Shown here in pieces: positions 12,100 to 23,177 of a stretch of DNA of 40,216 bases. The DNA comes from Tubiluchus corallicola (taxonomy: Eukaryota; Animalia; Priapulida), in the NCBI GenBank assembly GCA_030141605.1, contig JAQGDQ010000354.1:205165-245380 (forward strand), written 5' to 3'. Position 1 is the first letter of the stretch, and every line of letters starts with the position of its first letter. Both the position numbers and the translations under genes were made by a program. The notes below the pieces were generated by a model, which saw only the letters and a list, made by a program, of their open reading frames with translations, did not search any database and was not told where the DNA came from.

Positions 12100-12587
12100 C
12101 GTCTAATTACAAATTTCCTCTTTCCCATGTATGTATCCTCCCCTCAGTGAGGTAGATAAACAACCAGCACCAATGAACCACCCACGACGAATAATAAACC
12201 AGGTGGTCATCTATCCAGGCACAGATCGGTTACGGTTTTCTTTAATATTAATATTATTATAATATTATTTAATATTATTTATTTTGATGTGATTCACAGA
12301 AAATGCACATACAGTTTATACGTCAGGCTGAATAAGAGTGAAAATTTTATATGCAAGAACATTTTAAACAGTGATGCAAACTTTTCTTCTGTAATTAGAT
12401 GTCATTGGCATAGTTTGTTATATCATTAATTGTTATTTGTGTTATTGTTGTGTGTCATGATTTATTTTATTATTTGTGATGTGTATATAAACTTTGTAAA
12501 GTTTGAAATAAATATTAAATTTAATCTAATCTAATCTTTAACTTCAGTCAGACGTAATCATCCCTGCCACTGCAGTATGCCGTCTGC
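12100..12587 (-). mobile_element. 5S rRNA-derived SINE (SINE3-like) or 5S pseudogene, split by a LINE insertion
   Basis: Removing 12246-12541 gives GCAGACGGCATAC...CGTCTGACTGAAGTTAAAG...CCTGGATAGATGACCACCTGG, colinear with animal 5S (GCCTACGGCCATAC...CGTCTGATCTCGGAAGCTAAG...TTGGATGGGAGACCGCCTGG). The 3' boundary is uncertain. Confidence 0.65.
12246..12534 (+). mobile_element. 5'-truncated LINE 3' end with (AATCT)n tail and 7-bp TSD
   Basis: 12283-12429 reads FDVIHRKCTYSLYVRLNKSENFICKNILNSDANFSSVIRCHWHSLLYH*, then AATAAA and aatctaatctaatct; flanked by TCTTTAA at 12239-12245 and 12535-12541. Confidence 0.75.
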
Positions 12588-12908
12588 ACACATAGTTAGC
12601 ACTCGCTTCAGCGATTTTTAGTAAAAAAAATCTGATTAATACTCGACACAAGTCAAAACAAATGAAAAAAGCATTGAAGAAATGGAATGTTTGATGCTGG
12701 AAGAAAAAGAGAAGAAAGAGAGTCTACTGTCTGCAGTTAACAAGCAAATGTTTCTTTGATAAGTAGGTTTTGTGAGGCAATTAGGCAGCCATAACGAGTG
12801 ACAGGTTAAATGCTTAAACGTAGGTTAAACAATTAGTAATTCTACTAGTTATTTAGTAATAGTAACTGCGCCACCGAATAATTATCTAAGCAAATTTTAT
12901 AACACGCA

Positions 12909-13120
12909 CATTTATAGTTAAAAACAACACAACTTTTTTAAAATCTTTTCCTTTAAAGGGTTAAAAGTTAAAATCATGTCAAACTTTTCGACTAGCTACT
13001 GCTGACATTTATAGTTAAAAACAACACAACTTTTTTAAAATCTTTTCCTTTAAAGGGTTAAAAGTTAAAATCATGTCAAACTTTTCGACTAGCTACTGCT
13101 GTCATCATCAGTGGTAAATT
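12909..13120 (-). mobile_element. 97-bp tandem duplication with a hammerhead-like core (Penelope-like terminal repeat remnant)
   Basis: 12909-13004 is repeated at 13006-13101; minus strand 13111-13078 reads CTGATGA-T-GACAGC-AGTA-GCTAGTC-GAAA-AGTT. Confidence 0.55.
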
Positions 13121-13314
13121 TATCACTAATTTTTAACTATAAATTATCTAAGCAGTTTTTAAGATGTCTTGAAATTTAGCAGACGTGCCAGTCAATAGGC
13201 GTAACATGGTCGATTTTTGTAAATACAAGGTGTCCATTTCCGAGGTATTTCGGTAGCCCTTAGCACTAGTTTTATACGAAGTGTATCTAGCTATATAAGA
13301 CTTCCATAACGTAC

Positions 13315-13371
13315 CTCATGAGCTAGAGCAACACCAGCGACTAACACAAGCAAGACAATCTTCCAAATCAT
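13315..13371 (-). CDS. uncharacterised secreted Lys/His-rich protein, first coding exon (signal peptide)
   Basis: ATG...GAG|gtacgt, 57 nt phase 0: MIWKIVLLVLVAGVALAHE, with a basic n-region, hydrophobic core and A-L-A cleavage motif; phase matches exon 2. Confidence 0.75.
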
Positions 13372-14911
13372 GTCAACTATTCACAAAAATACTTTCGAAG
13401 TTAATTGAATATTGGCAAAGAAAGTATGGCGTCGTACAATGGTCTGATGCCCGCAGGTATACCGTGACGAGATTCCTTGATTCGTGCTAAACATCATCCG
13501 ACATCCTCTGATGAACGTAGGGGTGGAGCGACAACTTTTGGAAAGTAAACAGGTATTTATTACCTGAGCTAATCCCTAGTCCTAGAGTACTTGTGACAGA
13601 ACCATCGGTGGAGAGATACATCAATCTTTTTCCTTGGTTTGATTTTACAGAGGAACTTCGCAATCCCAGTTTTTAGGCAAAACGTAAGAGGACGTTCGTT
13701 GTGTTGCTCACACTGGCCCAGGCATAGTGAACAAGCCCCCCAAACATAATGCACAAACATTACACAGAGAATGAAGGCAAACAACTCACGTTAAATGTTC
13801 GGTTTGCTGCGCCATTCTGGGACAAGTTAGGTTAGCTGTCACGGATGTAAGTAACACAGGAATCCTTTTTCATTACACAAAACGTTTGCAGGAGTAAAAC
13901 GTTACACAGCGTGTTGAAATTTCGTCCTAATGCTGTTGCAGCTGGGCAGTTGAAAGGAGCCATACCGTTGCACTAACAAAATATGGATGCAGAGCTGGAT
14001 TGTCCTATAGTCTGTGATGACAGGATAGTTTAATAAACATCAGATACAAATGACTGTGTTAAAGTCGCAATTGATTATTATTCAAAACAAGAACAACAAT
14101 GAGCGTGCGCTCAAACTCAGGCGCTAAATCAGTTCTAACATTGCAGTGCCATCTATTGTGATTTATGTAAATCAAGATTAATGAACAAACTGTTATCATT
14201 ACAAGGGCCCTGTTTGGGGTCCTCAACATTTGGTAAAAATATGTTTTTCATTATGGTTGTGTTGAAATATGTGTTGGTTTGCAGTAATCATTAAAATAAT
14301 TGTATTTCTTAAAGAATACTTCTATAGAAAAACACACACAAGTTCAATACTTCACATTACTTCAAGCTATGTAAACAAATGTTGCTAAAATATATCATAA
14401 GTAAAAAATATTCGAGGCGAGTGAGCGGGTGGCCCCATAATTTTGTTAGCATAGGGGCCCCAATAGTTCATAATTCGGTCCTGTATGGATGCAGGAAAAG
14501 ATATAAACAGAGGAGGAAAGTGGACAAAAGAGCTCACGGCGAAAAAGAGAGATGGGAAGAAAGAGATTCTAAGCAGAGGACTTATTGGAGAAAAACGAAG
14601 AGTAAATGACTGAAGGACGGAACGAGAAGGAAGCTTTGCAAAATAGAGGAACTGACAACCAGAAATGCAAAAAATGTAATAAATATCAATGCTTTTATTC
14701 AGCTTAAAGATTTAACAAAAATGATGGTAACATTGGAATTACTCTACACGTTACCAGAGTAAATGATGCAAAAACTCTGCTAAATGATTGTTGTGCTAGC
14801 AATATTATTACAACAACAGTCAGTTTCAAACATGTAGTCTAACCAGTAAATGTGGAAAATGCGAAGGAACAATCTTATAAATTTTCATTTAAGTGTTTTA
14901 AACTAGGTTCA

Positions 14912-15092
14912 TTGTTATTCGTTTATTAGAAGTCTTACTCAAAATGCAAAATGAACACAAGTCATGTGGTTGTTATTCGTTTTTTAGAAGTCTTACTCAA
15001 AATGCAAAATGAACACAAGTCCTGTGGTTGTTATTCGTTTTTTAGAAGTCTTACTCAAAATGCAAAATGAACACAAGTCCTGTGGTTGTTAT
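14912..15092. repeat. 58-bp tandem repeat x3, in or near the NDUFB7 3' UTR
   Basis: Unit ttgttattcgttttttagaagtcttactcaaaatgcaaaatgaacacaagtcctgtgg starting at 14912, 14970, 15028. Confidence 0.95.
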
Positions 15093-15223
15093 AACTAATG
15101 GAGTTCAGAGCAACATGAAATGAATCCACATTTGCCTTTAATGATGTTAATAGTTTACATAATATAACACATGTAATTACCGCACCAAGTACAGTCTACA
15201 AAAACAATTTAAAAAAACTATGA

Positions 15224-15320
15224 CTATTGTATTTGTAATGCAGCTTCCGCAGCCTGCCTTCGTTTCTTCCGCCGGATGAGCCTCTTTTCACGTTCGTATT
15301 CCTTCATTCGTAAAATGTAA
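15224..15320 (-). CDS. NDUFB7: NADH:ubiquinone oxidoreductase subunit B7 (B18), exon 3
   Basis: ttttattgcag acceptor, phase 2; (D)YILRMKEYEREKRLIRRKKRRQAAEAALQIQ*, the typical 'DY..RMKE(F/Y)ERE.RL' C-terminus. Confidence 0.95.
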
Positions 15321-15482
15321 CTGCAATAAAAAGTTGGTTGCTCTTTAATCTTTATTTATTTGGCTTCACAAACGCGAAGCCATTGACAAATTCAAGTTTT
15401 CTCATTTTCAATAGGCGTATCATACTGTAGTCACAACTGTTACGTTTTTTTATAATGGAGACTTTGATTATTCTAACAGCAC

Positions 15483-15522
<40 letters not shown>

Positions 15523-15760
15523 GTAATAATAATACATATTTCATATAGGACATAGACCAGGGATAACACCTTAAGTAACTCAATACTTATTTCCAATGCG
15601 GTCCCAATTATTATTACCCGCATGTTACTTTGCTAAACTCACGTGCTTGGTCGAAGAACAAGCGGTACTATTTTTCAAATCTTTGATATGACTCGGCCGA
15701 GAGTTGAACCAGCGACATGCCGGGTGAGAAGCGAGCACGATACACAACTTTTTGCTGGGT
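15483..15760 (-). mobile_element. tRNA-derived SINE with (TAT)n tail
   Basis: Minus strand has a B-box GGTTCAACTCT (15709-15699), a core GAGTCATATCAAAGATTTGAAAAATAGTAC recalling conserved SINE central domains (Meta-like, unverified) and a (TAT)n tail at 15533-15483. Confidence 0.7.
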
Positions 15761-15931
15761 TACAAAAACCAGAGTACAGGACAACTTATTACATCAAAGT
15801 CCCGCGGAGACAATTGCTAATCTATCATGCCCTTAAAATTTGCAGTGTAAGCCTCGGGTGTCTTGCTCAGCATGCAATCTTGAAGGGGGTGATTAGAGCA
15901 GCGACTCCCAGAACTCAAGATCCTCTGCCAT

Positions 15932-17627
15932 ATCATCGTGACGACTCACAAGCTTGTATGGTGAATAATGATCATCGACACATCATCGTGATGACTCACA
16001 AGTTTGTATGGTGGATAATGATCATCGACACATCATCGTGACGACTCACAAGCTTGTATGGTGAATAATGATCATCGACACATCATCGTGACGACTCACA
16101 AGTTTGTATGGTGGATAATGATCATCGACACATCATCGTGACGACTCACAAGCTTGTATGGTGAATAATGATCACCGGCACATCATCGTGACGACTCACA
16201 AGCTTGTATGGTGAATAATGATCACCGACGCATCATCGTGACGACTCACAAGCTTGTATGGTGAATAATGATCATCGGCACATCATCGTGACGACTCACA
16301 AGCTTGTATGGTGAATAATGATCATCGGCACATCATCGTGACGACTCACAAGCTTGTATGGTGAATAATGATCACCGGCACATCATCGTGACGACTCACA
16401 AGCTTGTATGGTGAATAATGATCATCGGCACATCATCGTGACGACTCACAAGCTTGTATGGTGAATAATGATCACCGACGCATCATCGTGACGACTCACA
16501 AGCTTGTATGGTGAATAATAATCACCGACGCATCATCGTGACGACTTACCAAGCTTGTATGGTGAATAATAATCACCGACACATCATCGTGACGACTCAC
16601 AAGCTTGTATGGTGAATAATGATCACCGACACATCATCGTGACGACTCACAAGCTTGTATGGTGAATAATGATCACCGACACATCATCGTGACGACTCAC
16701 AAGCTTGTATGGTGAATAATGATCACCGGCACATCATCGTGACGACTCACAAGCTTGTATGGTGAATAATGATCACCGACGCATAATCGTGACGACTCAC
16801 AAGCTTGTATGGTGAATAATGATCATTGGCACATCATCGTGACGACTTACCAAGCTTGTATGGTGAATAATGATCATCGACACATCATCGTGACGACTTA
16901 CCAAGCTTGTATGGTGAATAATAATCACCGACGCATCATCGTGACAACTTACCAAGTTTGTATGGTGAATAATTATCACCGACGCATCATCGTGACGACT
17001 CACAAGTTTGTATGGTGGATAATGATCATCGACACATCATCGTGACGACTCACAAGTTTGTATGGTGGATAATGATCATCGACACATCATCGTGACGACT
17101 CACAAGCTTGTATGGTGAATAATGATCATCGGCACATCATCGTGACGACTCACAAGCTTGTATGGTGAATAATGATCACCGACGCATCATCGTGACGACT
17201 CACAAGCTTGTATGGTGAATAATGATCACCGGCACATCATCGTGACGACTCACAAGCTTGTATGGTGAATAATGATCACCGACGCATAATCGTGACGACT
17301 CACAAGCTTGTATGGTGAATAATGATCATTGGCACATCATCGTGACGACTTACAAGTTTGTATGGTGAATAATAATCACCGACGCATCATCGTGACGACT
17401 TACCAAGCTTGTATGGTGAATAATAATCACCGACGCATCATCGTGACGACTTACCAAGTTTGTATGGTGAATAATGATCACCGACGCATCATCGTGACGA
17501 CTTACCAAGCTTGTATGGTGAATAATAATCATCGACACATCATCGTGACAACTCACAAGTTTGTATGGTGAATAATGATCACCGACGCATCATCGTGACG
17601 ACTTACCAAGCTTGTATGGTGAATAAT
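15932..17627. repeat. 50-bp CpG-rich minisatellite, ~34 copies, in NDUFB7 intron 2
   Basis: Unit catcatcgtgacgactcacaagcttgtatggtgaataatgatcaccggca, with 51-bp variants. Confidence 0.99.
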
Positions 17628-18369
17628 GAACAATGAGGCCAGCCACATGTTTCTGTCTTGCCTCATGAGCTCAAAAGATGTCAGCACAGAGGGAGGAAAC
17701 ATTTTTTTCAAAAAATATTTGTTAAAGCTTTGTGAATGTTTAAATACTGAATCGTGGTTAGAGTCAAAATTTGTTTATTTCCCACCGGTTAGCAGTAATG
17801 TTTTAAAGTTTTTCAATGCACATTTTTTCACGCTTTGTTTTTTAGTTTTGCATTACCAAATCATCGTGTAATTATCAATCATTGTATAGTCTCTTTTTTT
17901 ACATCATGAACGCACGTATGTTCTGACATTTACGGTGTAAGCGGTAACACTACTCGGCTGTTAATATACAAATTTGGCAAAAAATTCACATTTTTTAGCC
18001 TCTAGTACAATGAGCATCGTACAAAACAGCAACCCAGGCCGAGTGTTACCCCTGGAAAAACATGGCTGCGTCCTGATTTCCGAGAAAGAAAGATGTTATA
18101 ATAATGATTGCGTTTTACATTTTAAATAAAAAAAAACTGCGTCAAGTACTTATATGAACATACAGAAAAATTTCCGGCCAGGTATGCAATAAAAAAAAAA
18201 TACCCGGGCGATTAGATGGAAACAGAAGTATTTTTATTGCCATTCTGCTATGTTCTTGGATCGCATAAGAGTAGACTTACATTTTCTCTTTTAGTACAGT
18301 GGAACTGAAGTCCAGTGAGTTTCCACGCGATCCAGTTCATTCGAAAAAACAGTTTTCAGGATGCTGCTA

Positions 18370-19741
18370 CAGCAACTCCACGTAACTCAAAATCGCATAA
18401 CTCAAATTTTCGCCTAACACAAAAAATCTCATCGGAATGGACGAAATCCTTCGTTTTTCCCACAAAAAAACATCATTTCGCTCAAAATACATAACTCAAA
18501 AATTCGCAAAGCTCGAATAAAAAAAATTGTGGTCCATTTAATCAAAATATATGTAATTTACTTCGTCTAACTCAAAAATGCAATTCATACTCTAGAGAAA
18601 TAAAAAGTTTCGTACAACACAGGCCTTGGAGTAGATGAAGATAACGGAATACTTAACAGAAAGTGTGTAAATAATTGAACTGCGCACAAATTGCGTTGTA
18701 GTATGTAAGATATTGGTAGCCCCATATTGTTTATTTTGGATATAAGCACGTGGTGCCTCCTTGTGTTTGTTTTTTGCAAATTTAGGCTGTTGATCGATAG
18801 GTGAGCTGGGACAAGAAATAGGCCATTGGCCTTCATTTTGCAGACAGGATAGGAAAGAAGTCATTCTTGTTCAGTACGTCGTGTCGTTTTATAACTAAAT
18901 TTTGTCAGTCGAGTTCTCTTTAGCAAGTTAGTAAGATGCGGCAAAGTGTAAGTTTGATTTCTTCATATTTCATAATATTATTATACATTTTCACTATAGC
19001 AGTTAATTATCTTTTTGACATTGTATTAACAGAAAATGTTTTTATTTGCTTCAGATAAAACGAAGACGAGTCGCACGTAATATGTCAGTCAGTCAGTCAG
19101 TCAGTCAAATATGTCATGATGTGATACTGATTTTGGGATGAGACGATGATTGCCCATTTTGGACAATAAGAAATCATAAATTACATTTAAAAGACTGTTG
19201 GACTTGTATTTAGCACATGTGGTACGCATTGTTCAACAATGTTGTGTACACGTTGCTTTTTGTAACATAAAAAATCGTGTTTCACCACATAATTTGTTAT
19301 TTTTCATGTAATTGGCATCAAATCTCGTCGTTTATCCATAGAAGAGTTGACTTTCTGCCTTGTATTTAGCTCGCCGTCTGGCAGGGCCTATTTCAAGCTA
19401 AGCGAGGCCTCCTCGGGGAGGGGGGGTGTCGTCACCATGGTTGGCGCTCAGAACATTTTTGAACTGCTAGAATGCCGGAGAAGCATTTTCGAAGAGAAAA
19501 TATGGAGTTATACAGTATGTTCGCATAAAGCAAAAAAAAATAATGTTACCTTGGCGCGAGGCCTCCCTTGAAGGTGAGGCCCCGGGGAAGTATCCCCACT
19601 TCCCCCCCTTGAAATAGGCCCTGCCATCTGGAGGAGGGGTTTAGAGTTTCTATGCTGTAAAATGTTCAACATCACCTAACTCAAAATATCACCTTGAAGT
19701 TTTTTCAGTCCGATTTGATTTGAGTTGTGTGGAGTTTACTG
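18370..19741. mobile_element. Tc1/mariner (pogo/Tigger-like) non-autonomous element
   Basis: ta|cagcaactccacgtaactcaaa ... tttgagttgtgtggagtttactg|ta; TA flanks and repeated taactcaaa subterminal motifs. Confidence 0.7.
19382..19623 (+). mobile_element. hAT-like MITE family A, copy 2 (intact, nested)
   Basis: Perfect 16-bp TIR CAGGGCCTATTTCAAG; 8-bp TSD ccgtctgg / ccatctgg. Confidence 0.92.
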
Positions 19742-20128
19742 TATGACCATATCCTTCAAGACTGCAGGCTGTGTGAGACACGCGGGGCTTTCACGCTAAA
19801 TTTCAGGGTGTGATAGGTTCACACTGATGTAACAAACTGCGCTGTACTATTACTCATGGTTTTTATAGCTGCCCTCTACAAAATGTTACGTACCACCCGG
19901 TATAAAAATTCTTAATAAAATACAAGTTATACCATCAAGGGCCACACTGTATTTTGCACACCTCGTTGCTGGTAATGACAATAAGCTTTAAAACAACCCA
20001 GAAAAGAGTTTGCAAAGCATCTCATATCAGCTTCATCATGAAACACCAATTAAACGAACTCCTGAAAGCTTTTTTGTTACTGCCATTAGACGCGTTTGGA
20101 GCAAAATTGTTTCTTAATTAATACTTAC

Positions 20129-20300
20129 TCGTCGTACTGGCATTTGTCATAGGCATGCTTTTCTTTCTTACATCTTCTTACTAGAAATGGAAACACGTCA
20201 TGTCTGCATTGTTTCCACGCGATAAGGTGGTGGGCACAATAGTCTCGTTGCCATAGCGGCAAGCCAACAGCTTCCATCTCTTCTCGAGATGCTACCATGA
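20129..20300 (-). CDS. NDUFB7: NDUFB7 exon 2
   Basis: (V)MVASREEMEAVGLPLWQRDYCAHHLIAWKQCRHDVFPFLVRRCKKEKHAYDKCQYD with RDYCAH and twin CX9C motifs; tttcag acceptor, gtaagt donor. Confidence 0.97.
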
Positions 20301-20728
20301 CTGAAATCAAGAATAAACTGTTAGTCGAAGAACAATTGAGGAATCCTTGTTGAGAAAATATCGAACTTTATGTATACATACTGTAAAACAGTAAAGGCAA
20401 AGTCTAGTAAAAACCCTGAAAAACACAAAGACAAGATTCATTTACTGTTGCTCGTTGAACAGAGAACATTAGCACTAACGGCTGTTTAGCGAGTTGCACT
20501 TACAACAATACGGGTAATGACGCAACACACAAATAGCATGTAGGTTATATACCCTGACGTTGGCAGCATGACAACCGTGGGCAATTATCTGTAAAACCAG
20601 AGTTCTGCAGGCATATAACAATAGTGATATAAATGACGTGCGACTAAATTAGATACATTTTACTGACGAGGCGGTATTGATTTTCCTGTTTAGGCTGTAC
20701 AGTGCTTAGGACTACGTTACTATCGTAC

Positions 20729-20852
20729 CTCTCTCTTTCCTACCCTCTGGCCAACCAAGGAGTGGATCGAACGTTGAAGGTTTTTCGTTATTTGGTGTAC
20801 AGTCTCTGTCTCTCCAGTATGCATTGTAATTTGCACTCCATTTCATACCCAT
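20729..20852 (-). CDS. NDUFB7: NDUFB7 exon 1
   Basis: MGMKWSANYNAYWRDRDCTPNNEKPSTFDPLLGWPEGRKER with the 'PTF.P..G...RKER' motif and an MGxxxS myristoylation pattern; donor AG|gtacga, phase 1. Confidence 0.95.
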
Positions 20853-21409
20853 TTTAATGCAATTTTTTAAAAATTAAAAACAAAACACCCCAAAAAATCT
20901 AAAAAATGTCTTGCACTAGAACTCTAACAAAATCGTTAGCATTTTGCAGCGTCGCTCCCTAGATGTCGCTCAAATGGGTGTGTCATAAATTTCTTAGCAT
21001 ACGTAAATATATTTTCTTCAGAAGTGCAGCTAGTGAATATTAAAATTGCTTAGTGCAGATTCTGTGAATTTTGCGCAGAAAACAAAAACAAATCGTTGCT
21101 GATTGTTCTGTAATAATGGACATTAATTCTAACACGCCTGAAACCATACCTATAATTTTTTAAAGTGAGGTTTATGCGAAAGCACTGTTTTTGGTGCGCC
21201 TTGTTTCTTTGGAATGCTTCTAACGTTTTACAGTTACAATATTTCGTGTAAAATGTCAGCGTACTTTCGTGTACGTAATTTCATTGACTTGCACTGATTT
21301 TAATTTAACCCTCAGTGCAAAGTAAATCTTATATACCAAGTTTAACTGAAACAATTGTTTAGACAGATGCTAAGTGTCCATTTGCATATTGCGTGTGCTA
21401 AGTACGAAG
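20853..21409. promoter_or_regulatory. putative bidirectional promoter NDUFB7 / NEK8
   Basis: 557 bp between divergent ATGs, with no recognised repeat in an otherwise repeat-dense window. Confidence 0.75.
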
Positions 21410-21456
21410 ATGGAAAATTATGAAAAAATAAAAGTGGTTGGGCGAGGCGCTTACGG
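21410..21456 (+). CDS. NEK8: serine/threonine kinase NEK8, exon 1
   Basis: MENYEKIKVVGRGAYG glycine loop; donor GG|gtatgt. Confidence 0.95.
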
Positions 21457-21964
21457 GTATGTTCAAATTCATGATTAAAACTATTAATTATTAAAATAGC
21501 GAAAGTAGAAAATGAGCGACTGCACTACGGAGTCTGGGTAATGATTTTGCGTTAAAATGGTAAGTGTAGCCAGGAGACCAACATAGGAACACCTAAAAAA
21601 CAAGTCAAAATTGATATTCTTCTTATGCACTGGTTTTTACTCTTTCTTACTTATTACATTTTAAATCAGTGATGTTTAGCTACTATTTTTGCTTTTAATT
21701 TTCTTTTTTTTTCGTACTGGTACATGCACTGTTTTACATTTTATCTGTAATTTTCAGCTGATGAGGCCTGTTAGGGGAAAAACTCCTAAAGTGCATTTAA
21801 CATTTTTATGTTAAAGATGGCAAGTCTCAGGAGAGCTCTTTCGTATTCTAAAAACTATTATAATTAATATGTTTAATATTATATGCATGTAAGCGCTTCA
21901 TTGAAGCGTTTATAAAACTATTATGGTCAGAAACAATATTGAGTTAAAATGTTTCCTTTTTCAG

Positions 21965-22170
21965 AACCGTTCATTTGTGCCAGAGGCATTCAGACAAACT
22001 ACCAGTTATTATTAAACAGATTCCTGTAGAGCAAATGACAAAAGATGAAAGACAAGCGGCACTGAATGAAGTGAAAGTTTTATCAATGTTAGATCACCCT
22101 TTTATTGTTAAATACTTTGAAAATTTTCTTGAGGATAAAGCACTAATGATTGTAATGGAATATGCTGAAG
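21965..22170 (+). CDS. NEK8: NEK8 exon 2
   Basis: TVHLC...VIIKQIPVEQMTKDERQAALNEVKVL...ENFLEDKALMIVMEYAEG; catalytic Lys and alphaC Glu; canonical splice sites. Confidence 0.97.
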
Positions 22171-22469
22171 GTTAGTTTTGTTAAAGCATTTTAAGCTCTT
22201 TGTACTACGATTTCTTCTGTACATTTGCCTGTTCATTTATATTCCAAAATTAGTAATTATTTCTGTTGGATTATGCTTAATGTAAAACTGAGAACTAGCT
22301 TTATAAATTTATAAATTTTTATATAAACAGCTTTAGCACACTGTTTGTTTTGTTTTTCTAATTTTCTTGCAGCAAAATGCAGTAATCAATTGTCAAAAAC
22401 ATTTTTCTGATTGGACAGTTATTTTATATTATTCCACTTAAAGCTGATTAAGAATAGCTGGTACATAAC

Positions 22470-22770
22470 ATGGTACCAGAGGTCACTCCTACAAAATCAA
22501 GATGAGAACAGTTCCCCAAAGGTGGAGCAGAAGAAGATTCACATTCGCAAACGAGTAATTGATGAGTGCAACACGCTGCCTGACCGTTTAGTTCAAGCAT
22601 CCAATCCTGGCCAGTTTAAGTCTCGTCTCGATAGATATTGGAAAAACAATGCTGAAAAATATATAGACCCCAGGTTGCCACAATGGCAACAAGAAACCCT
22701 GTGCTACGCTTCACGATCGCAGTGATCTTTGGGAAAAACCTGTCTGGTGTGTGAAATTGTTGGAACTGGT
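22470..22770 (+). mobile_element. CR1-type LINE 3' remnant
   Basis: accagaggtcactcctacaaaatc = TRGHSYKI, then after a frameshift RVIDECNTLPDRLVQASNPGQFKSRLDRYW, the characteristic CR1 ORF2 C-terminus. Confidence 0.85.
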
Positions 22771-23177
22771 TTCCCCCATGTTATAATATTTTCTAACATA
22801 TTTATAACTAATTTGTAGCCAACGTGTAGGCGATTTAGAGAGTACTTATGTAGTACAAAACTGTGCACAGATAAATAGAGAAATTAGTACTAACATTTAT
22901 GACTGTAACTCAATCTGACGTCTGACACATTTATTACTGTATTTCAAACATGTCGTCTAACATTTCACAATTGTTGTAAATAAGTAATTTCATCATTATG
23001 TTTTAGTCAGTCGTTCTTTGTTTTTATTTTTCTTTACCTAGGAACTACAGTGAAGAAGAACAAAAAACTAATAATGTTGTTTTTGTGAATTTCTTTTAGA
23101 CACAAAACACTTTCAGTCTAATGGCTTAAAAACTGCCACACTTAAGAGCAAACAAAAATTTTTACGAGTTTGTGACA

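Noticed and set aside
13569-13815. 71-aa ORF with a hydrophobic start, and a mini-exon MAQQTEHLT with a gtgagt donor
   Set aside because: The ORF starts at a non-ATG codon; no compatible acceptor was found for the mini-exon.
15660-15760. tRNA gene on the minus strand
   Set aside because: B-box present but degenerate A-box, no acceptor stem, and a SINE-type body and tail.
15932-17627. Regular repeat array superficially like CRISPR
   Set aside because: Contiguous 50-bp units with no unique spacers, eukaryotic intron, no cas genes.
21757-21840. CTGATGAGGCCTGTTAGGGGAAA hammerhead-like core in NEK8 intron 1
   Set aside because: Stem II closing pair is broken and no NUH site with a matching stem I could be placed; at most a decayed remnant.
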